Assembly (NCBI GenBank): GCA_963747365.1
Contig: CAVVFB010000006.1
Location: 148,040 to 212,039 of the forward strand
Length of the DNA: 64,000 nucleotides
Origin: an uncultured Bacteroidota bacterium
GTDB taxonomy: Bacteria; Bacteroidota; Bacteroidia; Bacteroidales; GCA-2748055
Direction: 5' to 3'
Shown here: positions 20,001-28,628 of the stretch, one piece after another
Numbering within the stretch: the stretch's first letter is position 1
Layout: every line of letters starts with the position of its first letter
Made by a program: the position numbers and the translations under genes
The notes under the pieces: model-generated
What the model was told of the DNA's origin: nothing
Database searches by the model: none
The model's input: the letters and a program-made list of their open reading frames with translations, nothing else

Positions 20001-20761
20001 GATTGGTGGAAGAGTATAATTATATGGTACAGGAGCTGGAAAAAAGCGCCGGACTGCTGGCACAGAGTGAGCGGGAATCTGCCTGGCGTGAAATGGCCAA
20101 ACAGATTGCCCATGAAATTAAGAACCCTCTGACGCCTATGAAACTGAATGTGCAGCACCTCCAACGTGCCATAGGGGAAGGGGTAGCCGACCCGGCAATG
20201 GTTGAGCGGATCTCTTCCACCCTTGTTGAGCAGATCGATTCCCTGAGTGCCATCGCAAACGAGTTTTCCGATTTCGCAAAAATGCCCAAAACCAAAAGCA
20301 GCCGTTTGGAGCTTGTCTCTAAGCTGCACAACCTGTTGCAGCTTTTTGAAGCAACCGAGAGAACTGAGATGATTCTTGATACCGGCCCCCAAAGGGAAGT
20401 CTATGTTTTCGCCGATAAAGAGCAGCTGATGCGCGTCTTTATCAACCTTGTGAAAAATGGGCTCCAATCCATCCCGAGAAACCGAAAGGGAATAATCCGC
20501 ATCGGGCTGGCGGTGGACGAACTGAAGGCGGTGGTGAGCATCACCGACAACGGGAACGGAATCCCGGAGGATATCCGGGACAAACTGTTTCAGCCCAACT
20601 TTACCACCAAATCGGGTGGAATGGGAATGGGCCTTGCCATAAGCAGCAGCATCGTAAGATCACTGGGTGGAAAAATCTGGTACGATACGGTGCACGGTAA
20701 GGGGACCACCTTTTACGTTTCCCTTCCGTTGATGGTTGAAAAAACAGAACAGGCCGGTTGA
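17051..20761 (+). CDS. Large multi-pass membrane sensor histidine kinase (NtrY-like H-box) with no adjacent response regulator
   Basis: 1236 aa. It has H-box HEIKNPLTPM, N-box LVKNGLQS, G1 DNGNGI and G2 GGMGMGLA, with a HAMP-like linker after the last TM. Many hydrophobic segments lie between aa ~220-470 and ~720-770. Confidence 0.9.
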   Translation: MEQPDKIKQRDGNLQRNLLFLAALGCLVTWLLSAGGTAKQHDYAREKADFERVLHKKEQFLKEEISRLEIEFEKDDPLEVLGRRSSQYQKLSVRKDIAIFFYDGRELKYWSDHAIPIHERWSPRLNKPFLSLRNADYVTVTSQQGEKTLLGLIEVRKHYPFQNEFLINGFQKDFNLDPEVTIEFLEEEGCLPVLNREGEYLFSLDFKMVQQDKQEPGQVTRIAFIGFLIFFWAALFIMADRAAGTRRWLWVAVTALLIPSGTLLFLHFGIASLFENVTLFQPDIFANRLFASLGHLLVISVSVLALVALFYRQRTVAKKGNRISCRVLSIMIFLVGALMFLLVELLLRSLVLDSMISLEPQRVITLSTFSFVALAVIMMWFASIGMVMDRAITCANTKTWRVALYGIGAISVTFLLAYLLPWENGSWSGWAGLTLIFLGQLFIRHGHPDRIPFSRYIFLLFFVSFFLVIRFQEYNRIKVDRQKEVELVKLSTEHDPVAEMLFSDISQAIRNDSLLARYMDPFIEIEPLVGHLNRNYFSGYLTKYELQFTVCRPGDRVYLAPPDDEWYHCYTFFEEMIQTKGIEVPGSDFYFLDNLNGRISYLAVIPYLLAGEEHRIFIELDSRIISEELGYPELLLDERYSDLTNLDFSYARYNKGILITRNGDFSYRRLSAFYTSGEETFERVTMGGWDHKIYNVDKDNTIIVGSPSVTLVDNLISFSYIFALNFLMLAMIFLLVDAGKKKPGFDWSFKNRIQYSMVGTLFLTFVLICSGTIYFIVQQYRDKNNDSLRNTMRSVYIELIHKVEYEKDLSNWSSDSYYNLDELLRKFSNVFYTDINLYDQNGELLATSRGEIFESQLLSMKMNRLVYEELSGGRASEIIHQEHIGELNYISAYVPLLNGENQFLAYLNLPYFTQSGALTRDVTNMVVAVINIYLILLLVILGLSVFLADRITQPLRMLQSRIARISLNAKNETIVYHRSDEIRGLVEEYNYMVQELEKSAGLLAQSERESAWREMAKQIAHEIKNPLTPMKLNVQHLQRAIGEGVADPAMVERISSTLVEQIDSLSAIANEFSDFAKMPKTKSSRLELVSKLHNLLQLFEATERTEMILDTGPQREVYVFADKEQLMRVFINLVKNGLQSIPRNRKGIIRIGLAVDELKAVVSITDNGNGIPEDIRDKLFQPNFTTKSGGMGMGLAISSSIVRSLGGKIWYDTVHGKGTTFYVSLPLMVEKTEQAG

Positions 20762-20849
20762 AAAGTGACGGGATTAGATTTCTTCTCCGGGAGAGAATAA
20801 AGATTTTTATTATTATATTGGCTTGCAATCAAAAAGCTAAAATCCCAAC

Positions 20850-23800
20850 TTGCTCCCTAGAAGGAAAATATACCTGACACTCATCCTATTGGGCCTGTTT
20901 CTTGGCCCGGGACATGCGCAGACTGAATCAGTATCTGGCATTATCAACCACTACGCAGCCATTGAAAGCATTCTTGCCTGGGAAACCAATAACGTGGACT
21001 CTCTGCTGGTTAACGGCCTGGATCCAGCATTTAAGGATGGCGATACGGTAATGGTTTATTATGTCCGGGGCATCGTGATTGATAACAACGGTGGTATTGT
21101 TGAATCAAGATACGCCGGAAAATATGCATTTCTGATCATCACCGAAATCATCAAAGGTCCGGTTGATACCATTGTGGTGCTGAATGCTGCATTGACCCCT
21201 GAGATCGGGAGAATAAGATCCGGAGATGTGGCACAACTGATCAGGGTCCCTTCCTACAGAAATGCGGAGGTAATCGGCGAAGTTACAGCACCTCCCTGGA
21301 ACGGATCGACCGGTGGCGTGGTATCCATGTTTGTCACAAATGTCCTGAAACTGGGTGCGGATATCAATGTTTCGGGCCTTGGATTCAGGGGTGGTGTGGA
21401 GGATGTTGATTATCAGGGGGTCTGTTCATTCGAGGATCCCGGTTCCTATAGCAGTTTATACTACCCGCCGAGTCCTGTGCTGGCAGGAAGGAAGGGGGAG
21501 GGGATCACCGAAACCCTTTTCACTTTGATGCGGGGGAAAGGGTATAATATCAACGGAGGCGGAGGCGGAAACGGAAAGCTGTCGGGTGGCGGCGGCGGTG
21601 CCAACTACAGCGTAGGGGGTAAGGGTGGAAATGAACTGGACGATTGTGATCCCGGGTTGCCGGACCTGGGGGGTAATGGAGGTTATGGTCTCTTTTCGCC
21701 AGGATATTACCTGAACAGCAATGAACTGGACCCGGTTTTTAACCGCTTTAACCGTGTGTTTTTTGGAGGTGGTGGTGGCGTTGGAGTCCGGGTACCGGGC
21801 TATACTGGTTCCTCAGGTGCCAGAGGCGGTGGATTGGTGGTCATCGTGGCAGATACAATCGACGGGAACGGTTCTGGATGGATAAGGGCCAATGGCGCTT
21901 CTGTGACCGGTACCGTAACCGGCTCAGGTGGTGGTGGTGGCGGTGGCGGTGCAATTATCCTGGATGTGAGCGGGTACAAGAATAACCCGAGGCTATCGGC
22001 AACGGGAGGGAAGGGCGGGGATACAAACGGCGCTGCTCCAACCGGTCCGGGTGGCGGTGGCGGTGGCGGAATCTACTGGCTGTCCGGGACGGGTGACCGG
22101 GGACTTAACGTGGTGGATGATGTGAAGGGGCAACCCGGGCGACATTTAGGAACCTCATCCTATTTTGGTGCGCAGGAGGGAGGTTTTGCCAATTGGAAGG
22201 ATGGTCTTGAAGCGCCTCTCCGGGGCTTCCTTTTTAATTCGGTGCCTTCTGAGTTCTGGGTCTGTTCCGACCAGGTACCGGATGATATCATTGCATCCGA
22301 GCCTAAAGGAGGGAGCGGAACCTACAGTTACCAGTGGGTGGACAGCTCGAGTTCTCAGAATTCCTGGCAGCCTCTGCCGGGAGCAACCGGTCGGTCCCTT
22401 AGTTTTTCAGCCCCTCTTGCTGACACCACCTATTTCAGAAGGATCGTCACGGACCCGAAAGTAGCGAAACCAGATATAAGCTTCCGTATTGCAGTATATG
22501 TGCACCAGGCCATCACCAACAACACAATATCGGCGCCCGATACCGTGTGCCAGGGAAATATCCCGGTTCCATTTGTTTCCGTGGGATCACCAGGCGCCGG
22601 CATTGGTACCTATAAATACAGATGGCAGAAAGATGAAGGAAGCGGGATTTATTCCCCTGCCAACGGTACCAATACCCAACCCGGCTATGTCCCTCCGGCG
22701 GGTCTGAATGGTTCCACCCATTTTGCCAGGATTACCACTTCAGGGGCCTGTGTGGATACCTCTGCGGCACTGAGGGTCACTGTATTTGCACCGATCTCCA
22801 ATAATATCCTGGCCGATTATGATACCATCTGTGTGAATACTGCACCAGAACGGATTATACAGGATCCGGAATTTACCCTCTCAGGAGGTGATCCCGATCC
22901 GACCAACTGGAGGTATCGCTGGCAGAGCGGACCTTCAATCACAGGCCCCTGGGCGGGGGTCGCCGGGGCTAATGCATCCGCTTACCAGCCCGGAAACCTT
23001 ACGGCCACCATCTGGTATCGCAGGGAGGTGCTTTCAGGGAATGGAGATGCATGCGTGGATTTCAGCCCCCCGGTAGAGATCCTGAATGTACCCATCATTA
23101 CCAATAACCTCATCACAACGGCCGATCAGACGGTCTGTACCGGTGACCAGCCCGAGCTGATGCAGGGCTCTGTTCCGGGTGGGGGACACCCGGCTCAGAT
23201 TTATTACAAATGGGAGTCCAGCACTGCAGGATCGGGTTGGGTGGAGGCCGACGATACCAACGGGAACAACCTGCAGAGTTATACCCCGCCGGTGATGACC
23301 GGTGATACCACTTTTTACCGAAGGGTAGTAAGCTCGGGCGGCCAGGAAGGGGTCTGTAAGAATACCAGTGCTGCCAAAACCATCCAGGTGATTCCCGCCA
23401 TCAGCGGCAATATGATTTTAACAGATGTTACCGTCAATTGTCAGTTTGATTTTCTGGCCGGTTTGACGCAAAACCCTGCATCGGGACCAGAGCCGGGAGG
23501 CGGGGCCACACAGGGTGGGAGTGATCCTACCAGGAATTACAGGTGGGAACTGGCAACAGGAACGGTTGCTCCCGGCCCCTGGAGCCAGGTTTCTTATGGT
23601 CCGGCTGAATTGAACTATACAGATCATCCCCAGCTTAGTTTATCGGAGGACTACTGGTACCGCAGGGTTGTATTGAGTGGTCCCAGCCTGGGTGGACAGG
23701 ACCAGGTGTGTTCTCAGGTTTCGGATACGATCCATATTGTGATCCATACGGCCATTTCCGGCAATGAAATTGACCCGGCCGATTCAGCCTGCCTGAATAC

Positions 23801-25214
23801 CGAAAAGGTGCTTCACGGTGAGATGCCAACCGGAGAGGGCGAGGAGGCCACTTTGTATTCATGGAGGGATTTCGCCACAGGAGCCGAGATGGGTACAGGA
23901 AAAGATCTGCCCTACACCTTTACCACGCTGGATTCAAGAGAGTTCAACCGGATTGTGGTGATTGGTGAGTGTGAGGATACCTCAGGGAATATGTCCGTTA
24001 CAATGATGGAGCTTCCTGGAGGAACACTGGCAGGAGATCTGCCAAAGGCATGTGAGAAGGATATACTGCTGGACGTGGATCTGAACATAGAGGATCTGGT
24101 GCAGTATCTTACCCCATGGGAGATCTCACTCTCCGACGGGGTTCATACGGAACTGCTCGATCCACAGCTGCTGGACGGTGACGGAACGGTGGAGGTGAAC
24201 CTGAGTACCGATGCGTTGAGTACACAGTATCATTATACAATCGGGAAGTTACTCTATAGACTGACCGACGGAACAGAGTGTATAGCTCCGGCACAAAACC
24301 TTGTTGGAAATGTGCCCATCGAGGTGTTCATGACCCCCGACCCGGTGATTACAGTCACCACCGGGCTTACCGACAGTTCAGTGTGCGATAATGAAGTGTC
24401 GCTGGTGGTTGATCCCGATCATGGTACCGGATCCTGGGCAAGCGATTTTCCCGGTAAACTGGGCTTCCTGCCCGATCCCCTGGCTCTTTCAGTCAGGGCA
24501 TCCATCGATCCAGCGGATCCTGAAGCATGGGCACACCTGCCCTATACCCTCTACTTTACCAGTGAAGCGGGCGATTGCAGCGGAACGGATACGGTGAAAA
24601 TCAGCTTTTTTGAGCAGCCGGAACCACCCTATGCCGGTGAGGATGATACCATATACCTGACCAACACCATTAAGCTCAATGCGGATCCTCCTACTGCCGG
24701 AGTGGGTACATGGACAGTGACGGTGGGAAGTGGAGATTTTGAAGATGAGCATGATCCCAAGACCCTTGTATACGGCCTGGTCAAGGGCGAGAGAAACGAA
24801 TTCAAATGGGAGATCGTGAATGGGGTTTGTGTGTTTGACGACGACTTCACCGTAATCACCCAGGATGAAGCTCAGCCATACGAGGGAATCTCCCCAAACG
24901 GGGATCAGGTGAACGACTATTTCATCATCAGGGGACTGGCAGAGGCGACTGAATTTTCCATCTCAATTTTCAATGCCCTTGGGAATTCAGTAAGAACCAT
25001 TACCCGGGAGAATATCGGGGAGATTGATTACGATGCTGAGGTGATCCAGGGTGGGCTCAGGGAGGATGAAATGGTGGTATGGGATGGAAAGGCCAACAAC
25101 GGGAATTTGGTTCCTGCCGGCACCTATTATTACGTATTGAATGTAAAGATCGACCAGAAGGATGGATCGACCGATAAACTTGAGAAGAAACACTATATTA
25201 TCGTAAGGGATTAA
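20850..25214 (+). CDS. T9SS type B sorting domain (gliding motility-associated C-terminal domain) protein; large adhesin-like surface protein
   Basis: 1454 aa. The TTG start is forced by the in-frame TAA at 20838-20840, and a signal peptide follows (RRKIYLTLILLGLFLGPGHAQ). The N-terminal domain is glycine-rich, followed by six ~100-aa tandem Ig-like repeats (Y.Y.W......W...GA....Y.P..L..T..YRR.V). The C-terminal CTD reads YEGISPNGDQVNDYFIIRGL...GTYYYVL. Confidence 0.9.
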   Translation: MLPRRKIYLTLILLGLFLGPGHAQTESVSGIINHYAAIESILAWETNNVDSLLVNGLDPAFKDGDTVMVYYVRGIVIDNNGGIVESRYAGKYAFLIITEIIKGPVDTIVVLNAALTPEIGRIRSGDVAQLIRVPSYRNAEVIGEVTAPPWNGSTGGVVSMFVTNVLKLGADINVSGLGFRGGVEDVDYQGVCSFEDPGSYSSLYYPPSPVLAGRKGEGITETLFTLMRGKGYNINGGGGGNGKLSGGGGGANYSVGGKGGNELDDCDPGLPDLGGNGGYGLFSPGYYLNSNELDPVFNRFNRVFFGGGGGVGVRVPGYTGSSGARGGGLVVIVADTIDGNGSGWIRANGASVTGTVTGSGGGGGGGGAIILDVSGYKNNPRLSATGGKGGDTNGAAPTGPGGGGGGGIYWLSGTGDRGLNVVDDVKGQPGRHLGTSSYFGAQEGGFANWKDGLEAPLRGFLFNSVPSEFWVCSDQVPDDIIASEPKGGSGTYSYQWVDSSSSQNSWQPLPGATGRSLSFSAPLADTTYFRRIVTDPKVAKPDISFRIAVYVHQAITNNTISAPDTVCQGNIPVPFVSVGSPGAGIGTYKYRWQKDEGSGIYSPANGTNTQPGYVPPAGLNGSTHFARITTSGACVDTSAALRVTVFAPISNNILADYDTICVNTAPERIIQDPEFTLSGGDPDPTNWRYRWQSGPSITGPWAGVAGANASAYQPGNLTATIWYRREVLSGNGDACVDFSPPVEILNVPIITNNLITTADQTVCTGDQPELMQGSVPGGGHPAQIYYKWESSTAGSGWVEADDTNGNNLQSYTPPVMTGDTTFYRRVVSSGGQEGVCKNTSAAKTIQVIPAISGNMILTDVTVNCQFDFLAGLTQNPASGPEPGGGATQGGSDPTRNYRWELATGTVAPGPWSQVSYGPAELNYTDHPQLSLSEDYWYRRVVLSGPSLGGQDQVCSQVSDTIHIVIHTAISGNEIDPADSACLNTEKVLHGEMPTGEGEEATLYSWRDFATGAEMGTGKDLPYTFTTLDSREFNRIVVIGECEDTSGNMSVTMMELPGGTLAGDLPKACEKDILLDVDLNIEDLVQYLTPWEISLSDGVHTELLDPQLLDGDGTVEVNLSTDALSTQYHYTIGKLLYRLTDGTECIAPAQNLVGNVPIEVFMTPDPVITVTTGLTDSSVCDNEVSLVVDPDHGTGSWASDFPGKLGFLPDPLALSVRASIDPADPEAWAHLPYTLYFTSEAGDCSGTDTVKISFFEQPEPPYAGEDDTIYLTNTIKLNADPPTAGVGTWTVTVGSGDFEDEHDPKTLVYGLVKGERNEFKWEIVNGVCVFDDDFTVITQDEAQPYEGISPNGDQVNDYFIIRGLAEATEFSISIFNALGNSVRTITRENIGEIDYDAEVIQGGLREDEMVVWDGKANNGNLVPAGTYYYVLNVKIDQKDGSTDKLEKKHYIIVRD

Positions 25215-25218
25215 ACAG

Positions 25219-26139
25219 ATGATCCGCAAATTATTCATAGGAATCTGCCTTTTTGCAGCGATCAGCGTTTCTGCACAGAACACGCTGATCCCATCTGTGA
25301 GTAATTACCACCTGGCATGGACCACATACAACCCGGCCTTTTCAGGGTTCCGGGATGCAATCAGCCTGAGTGCAATCTACCGCTCACCGCTATATGGCGG
25401 GGTAGGTCCCATGGACATGCAAATGAATGTGCATACACCTGTGGGGAACTCCAAGGTGGCCCTGGGCGCCGTAGTGGCATACAACAGCTCCCCCCCCGAC
25501 CAGAGTCTCTATTCATTTATGACCACCTATGCCTACCGCATCTACCTGGGAACGGGCAGGTTGTCCTTCGGACTCTCGGCCGGGATCTATGGGGTTAACA
25601 GCAATACGGATGGTGTCTGGATCAGGGATCCAAACGATCCTTTATACCCGGTTGGGGATGTTTATCAACGCTGGTTCCCCAACTTCGGGGCAGGGGTGCT
25701 CTATTACACAGATCGCTTTTTCGTGGGACTGTCGGTACCCGAACTCCTGGCCATTCCAGGTCCCGACCAGAAGCTGACTGCCAATCCAAAGGATTACCGG
25801 ATGATCGTTACAGGGTCTTATCTTTTCGATATCAGCAGGGCTTTTCGTCTGAAGCCCTCATTCATTGTGGATTACAGTAAATCTATGACCGGATTCAAGG
25901 CCAGTTTGAATGTGGGGTTGATGGATTCACGTGTATTCATCGGGGGAGCGTACGATTATCCCAACTATGTGATTGCCCTGCTGAATTTCCAGATCAATTC
26001 ACAGTGGATGGTGGGGTATGCCTATACAATTGGAACAGGTGCGGTGAGAACTGCCCTGGGAGGAAGCCACGAAATCGTTTTGCGTTGGGAGCTCAGACCG
26101 GTGATCAAGACCATACCCGATGATCCGTTCTATTTTTAG
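25219..26139 (+). CDS. PorP/SprF family type IX secretion system membrane protein
   Basis: 306 aa with a signal peptide and a typical N-terminus (Y.....YNPAF.G). It has beta-barrel-like alternating sequence and starts 4 nt after the type B CTD gene. Confidence 0.88.
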   Translation: MIRKLFIGICLFAAISVSAQNTLIPSVSNYHLAWTTYNPAFSGFRDAISLSAIYRSPLYGGVGPMDMQMNVHTPVGNSKVALGAVVAYNSSPPDQSLYSFMTTYAYRIYLGTGRLSFGLSAGIYGVNSNTDGVWIRDPNDPLYPVGDVYQRWFPNFGAGVLYYTDRFFVGLSVPELLAIPGPDQKLTANPKDYRMIVTGSYLFDISRAFRLKPSFIVDYSKSMTGFKASLNVGLMDSRVFIGGAYDYPNYVIALLNFQINSQWMVGYAYTIGTGAVRTALGGSHEIVLRWELRPVIKTIPDDPFYF

Positions 26140-26142
26140 GCC

Positions 26143-27543
26143 ATGACAAGGAGATTATTCATCACAGGAGCCCTGATCATTTTGCTGCCATCATTGTCGG
26201 CACAGGATTACTACAAGGTGACCAAGCAGGCCCGTATCTCCACCGGGCTGGCTGAGGCTGCGGCTGTACCCTATGAGGATGGCGTGGTATACATTACCGA
26301 ATCTACAAGTGTGGGTGCCAGCAGCCCCACCGATGGCCAGGGCCGAAGGCTTTTTACAATGTTCTGGTACCAGCCTGGCACCGGGCAGAAGAGACCGTTC
26401 GTCGATGCCCTTGTTACACAGATGCACGAGGGACCGGTCTCATTCACCGGTGATTTCAAAACCATGGTCTTTGCGCAGCAGAGGCCCTCTGATGGTAACC
26501 GGGATTTTGATCCGCTGGGGCTTTATTTTGCTGAAAATACAGATGGAAACTGGGTGAATATAAGACCATACGAGTATAATGACCCACAGGCCTGGCTTTT
26601 CTCTCCTGCCTTGAGTGGAGATGGCCACACCCTCTTTTTTTCAGCCAACTTCCCGGGTGGTGAGGGCGGATTTGACCTTTACGTTTCGCACCTTGCCGGT
26701 GAGCGTTGGAGCAAACCCGAGAATCTTGGCCCAGGCGTAAACTCTCCGGGAAATGAGATCTATCCTTGCTTTCATGAATCGGGCAGAGTGGTTTATTCCT
26801 CGAATGGGCATGACAACGATAAGGCCGGGTATGACCTGTTCGAAACCATATACACCGATGGGGAGTGGATTGCAGCCATCAAACTTCTGCCACCATTTAA
26901 TTCCCTCTCCAACGATTATCATGCCTGGTTCAGTGCCGATATGAAAAGCGGGTACCTCACCAGCGATCGCCTGGGCGGATCAAAAGATATTTTCGAATTT
27001 GCAACCGATATTCCGGTATTTGAATCGGTTGCCCCCATTAAAAAAACATTCTACAAATACAGGATCTATGACCGGAAACTGGATACGGTGGATACAAACC
27101 TCTTCAACTATTCCTGGACCATCAACGATACATTAACAATCCCCGGCCACGACATTATCTATAAGTTTCCCGGACCGGGCACTTATATATGCAAACTGAA
27201 TGTTTATGATATTCAGCTGGATACCCTTGTGGAGGGGCAGACTGTGAAGAACCTGGACATCGAGCTCAATGAACAGGCTGTGATCGTTTGTCCTGACACC
27301 ATCCGGACGGGAACGGTTGTAGATTTTGACGGAAGCCAGTCCTATCTGCCCGGATTTGATGTGGGACGGTATGTATGGGATTTCGGAGATGGAAGGTTCG
27401 GACAGGGTATTACTGTTCCGCACACGTACAACTATCCGGGAAAATTCAAAGTCATACTTGGGGTTGAGGAACGAAAGCAGGGCCGAAGGCATGAGCCCCA
27501 GGTACGTGCCAATTTCAAGGAGGTGGTGGTAACCTCTGAATAG
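26143..27543 (+). CDS. Secreted PD40 (TolB-like beta-propeller repeat) and PKD domain protein
   Basis: 466 aa with a signal peptide. It has PD40-type repeats (SPALSGDGHTLFFSAN.PGG.GGFDLYVS....WSKPENLGPGVNSPGNEIYP) and a C-terminal PKD block (FDGSQSY......Y.WDFGDG......HTY..PG.F.V.LGV). Confidence 0.8.
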   Translation: MTRRLFITGALIILLPSLSAQDYYKVTKQARISTGLAEAAAVPYEDGVVYITESTSVGASSPTDGQGRRLFTMFWYQPGTGQKRPFVDALVTQMHEGPVSFTGDFKTMVFAQQRPSDGNRDFDPLGLYFAENTDGNWVNIRPYEYNDPQAWLFSPALSGDGHTLFFSANFPGGEGGFDLYVSHLAGERWSKPENLGPGVNSPGNEIYPCFHESGRVVYSSNGHDNDKAGYDLFETIYTDGEWIAAIKLLPPFNSLSNDYHAWFSADMKSGYLTSDRLGGSKDIFEFATDIPVFESVAPIKKTFYKYRIYDRKLDTVDTNLFNYSWTINDTLTIPGHDIIYKFPGPGTYICKLNVYDIQLDTLVEGQTVKNLDIELNEQAVIVCPDTIRTGTVVDFDGSQSYLPGFDVGRYVWDFGDGRFGQGITVPHTYNYPGKFKVILGVEERKQGRRHEPQVRANFKEVVVTSE

Positions 27544-27570
27544 TTTCATTTATCACATTTACAGTTAGTT

Positions 27571-27601
27571 ACACGTTCGTTTATAACTCGTGTTTTTTTT
27601 T
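27571..27601 (+). terminator. Weak candidate intrinsic terminator after the PD40/PKD gene
   Basis: ACACG (27571-27575) pairs with CGTGT (27589-27593), followed by a T run to 27601. The stem is only 5 bp and the loop is long. Confidence 0.3.
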
Positions 27602-27646
27602 GCACGAATTTTGTATACTTTTAGTCCTAATAGAAAAAAGGAATAA

Positions 27647-28609
27647 ATGATCAGACAAATATATATAGTTATCTTATTGATAGTAAGTATATTAGGATTT
27701 TCTCAGCCGGTACCCAACGTGGAGGAGAACATTCCTTACCTGATGACCTTCGGACCATCAGCAGAAACCAGCTGGGGCGATGATGATTTCTCCCAGGCTT
27801 TTTTCTTCCTTATACCCGAGGAGTACACCCAACCCTTTTTCATTCGGGTATTTGATCCCGATACGGGAGGTGAGATTGATGAAATAGCCGGAGTTTTTAA
27901 CACAAGGCAGGTGTATGAGGTCTATGGCGGGGAGACCGCCTGGTCTGAACCCTTCGCGCGGGAGACTTCTCCCATAGGAAATTACAAGAGCGGGACCCTG
28001 CTGGCTTCACGTGCCTTTGCTGAGAATCCCCGGTATGATAACAGCTGGTACACCTTTGGACCCTTTAACCCGGTTCAGGGTGAATATGTGGAGCAGTATC
28101 ACGGCCGGGTATTCAAGATTATTTGCGAAGGAGTCGAGGGTGATGACGGAAATATGTATCGTTATTTCCTGAGCACCAATGCAGAGGAGAACAGACCCAT
28201 AGAGGGCGCCAATGCTTTTGCATATGAATACTCATTCAGGATGCATAACACCACCCAGGAGGTTGCCCATATCTATCCATACGTGGAGGTGGGTACCAAG
28301 TCGGTAAAAGTCTCCAATTTCGACTGGGATGTTGACGGGAGTATCGTGGTGATCTCAGTGGCCAGGCAGGGCCAGGATGTGAATATATCGAAAGAGGACA
28401 ACTGGGCTTTCGACGATCTTGTAGTTCAGCCTGAGGAGATAGGGACATCTTATGATTTTCGTTTTGTGAAAGCAGTACCGCTTGTGAAAAATAATAATGT
28501 GGTTGTAAATGTCCGCAACCAGTTCGACGAAGCGTTGCCGTTCTACACCATCCCCATCGGCGGTGTTCCCAAGTACAGGGGTGAGGTGGAGTTTGAACCC
28601 ATAGAATAG
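27647..28609 (+). CDS. Hypothetical secreted protein of no family I can recognise
   Basis: 320 aa with an N-terminal signal peptide (MIRQIYIVILLIVSILGFSQP) and no further TM segment. The coding-like composition is strong. It ends 19 nt before the PP2C sensor gene. Confidence 0.7.
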   Translation: MIRQIYIVILLIVSILGFSQPVPNVEENIPYLMTFGPSAETSWGDDDFSQAFFFLIPEEYTQPFFIRVFDPDTGGEIDEIAGVFNTRQVYEVYGGETAWSEPFARETSPIGNYKSGTLLASRAFAENPRYDNSWYTFGPFNPVQGEYVEQYHGRVFKIICEGVEGDDGNMYRYFLSTNAEENRPIEGANAFAYEYSFRMHNTTQEVAHIYPYVEVGTKSVKVSNFDWDVDGSIVVISVARQGQDVNISKEDNWAFDDLVVQPEEIGTSYDFRFVKAVPLVKNNNVVVNVRNQFDEALPFYTIPIGGVPKYRGEVEFEPIE

Positions 28610-28628
28610 TATAAAATCATTTGCTCGC

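Noticed and set aside
20762-20849. A possible small RNA or strong terminator between the kinase and adhesin genes.
   Set aside because: Only 4-5-bp stems (TTCTC/GAGAA and GCTT/AAGC) are present, without a convincing U tract. That is too weak to call.
22165-23076. Several 60-100-aa alternative-frame ORFs inside the adhesin gene.
   Set aside because: They are Pro/Arg/Ser-rich out-of-frame translations of a GC-rich repeat-coding region. The main frame shows six coherent domain repeats.
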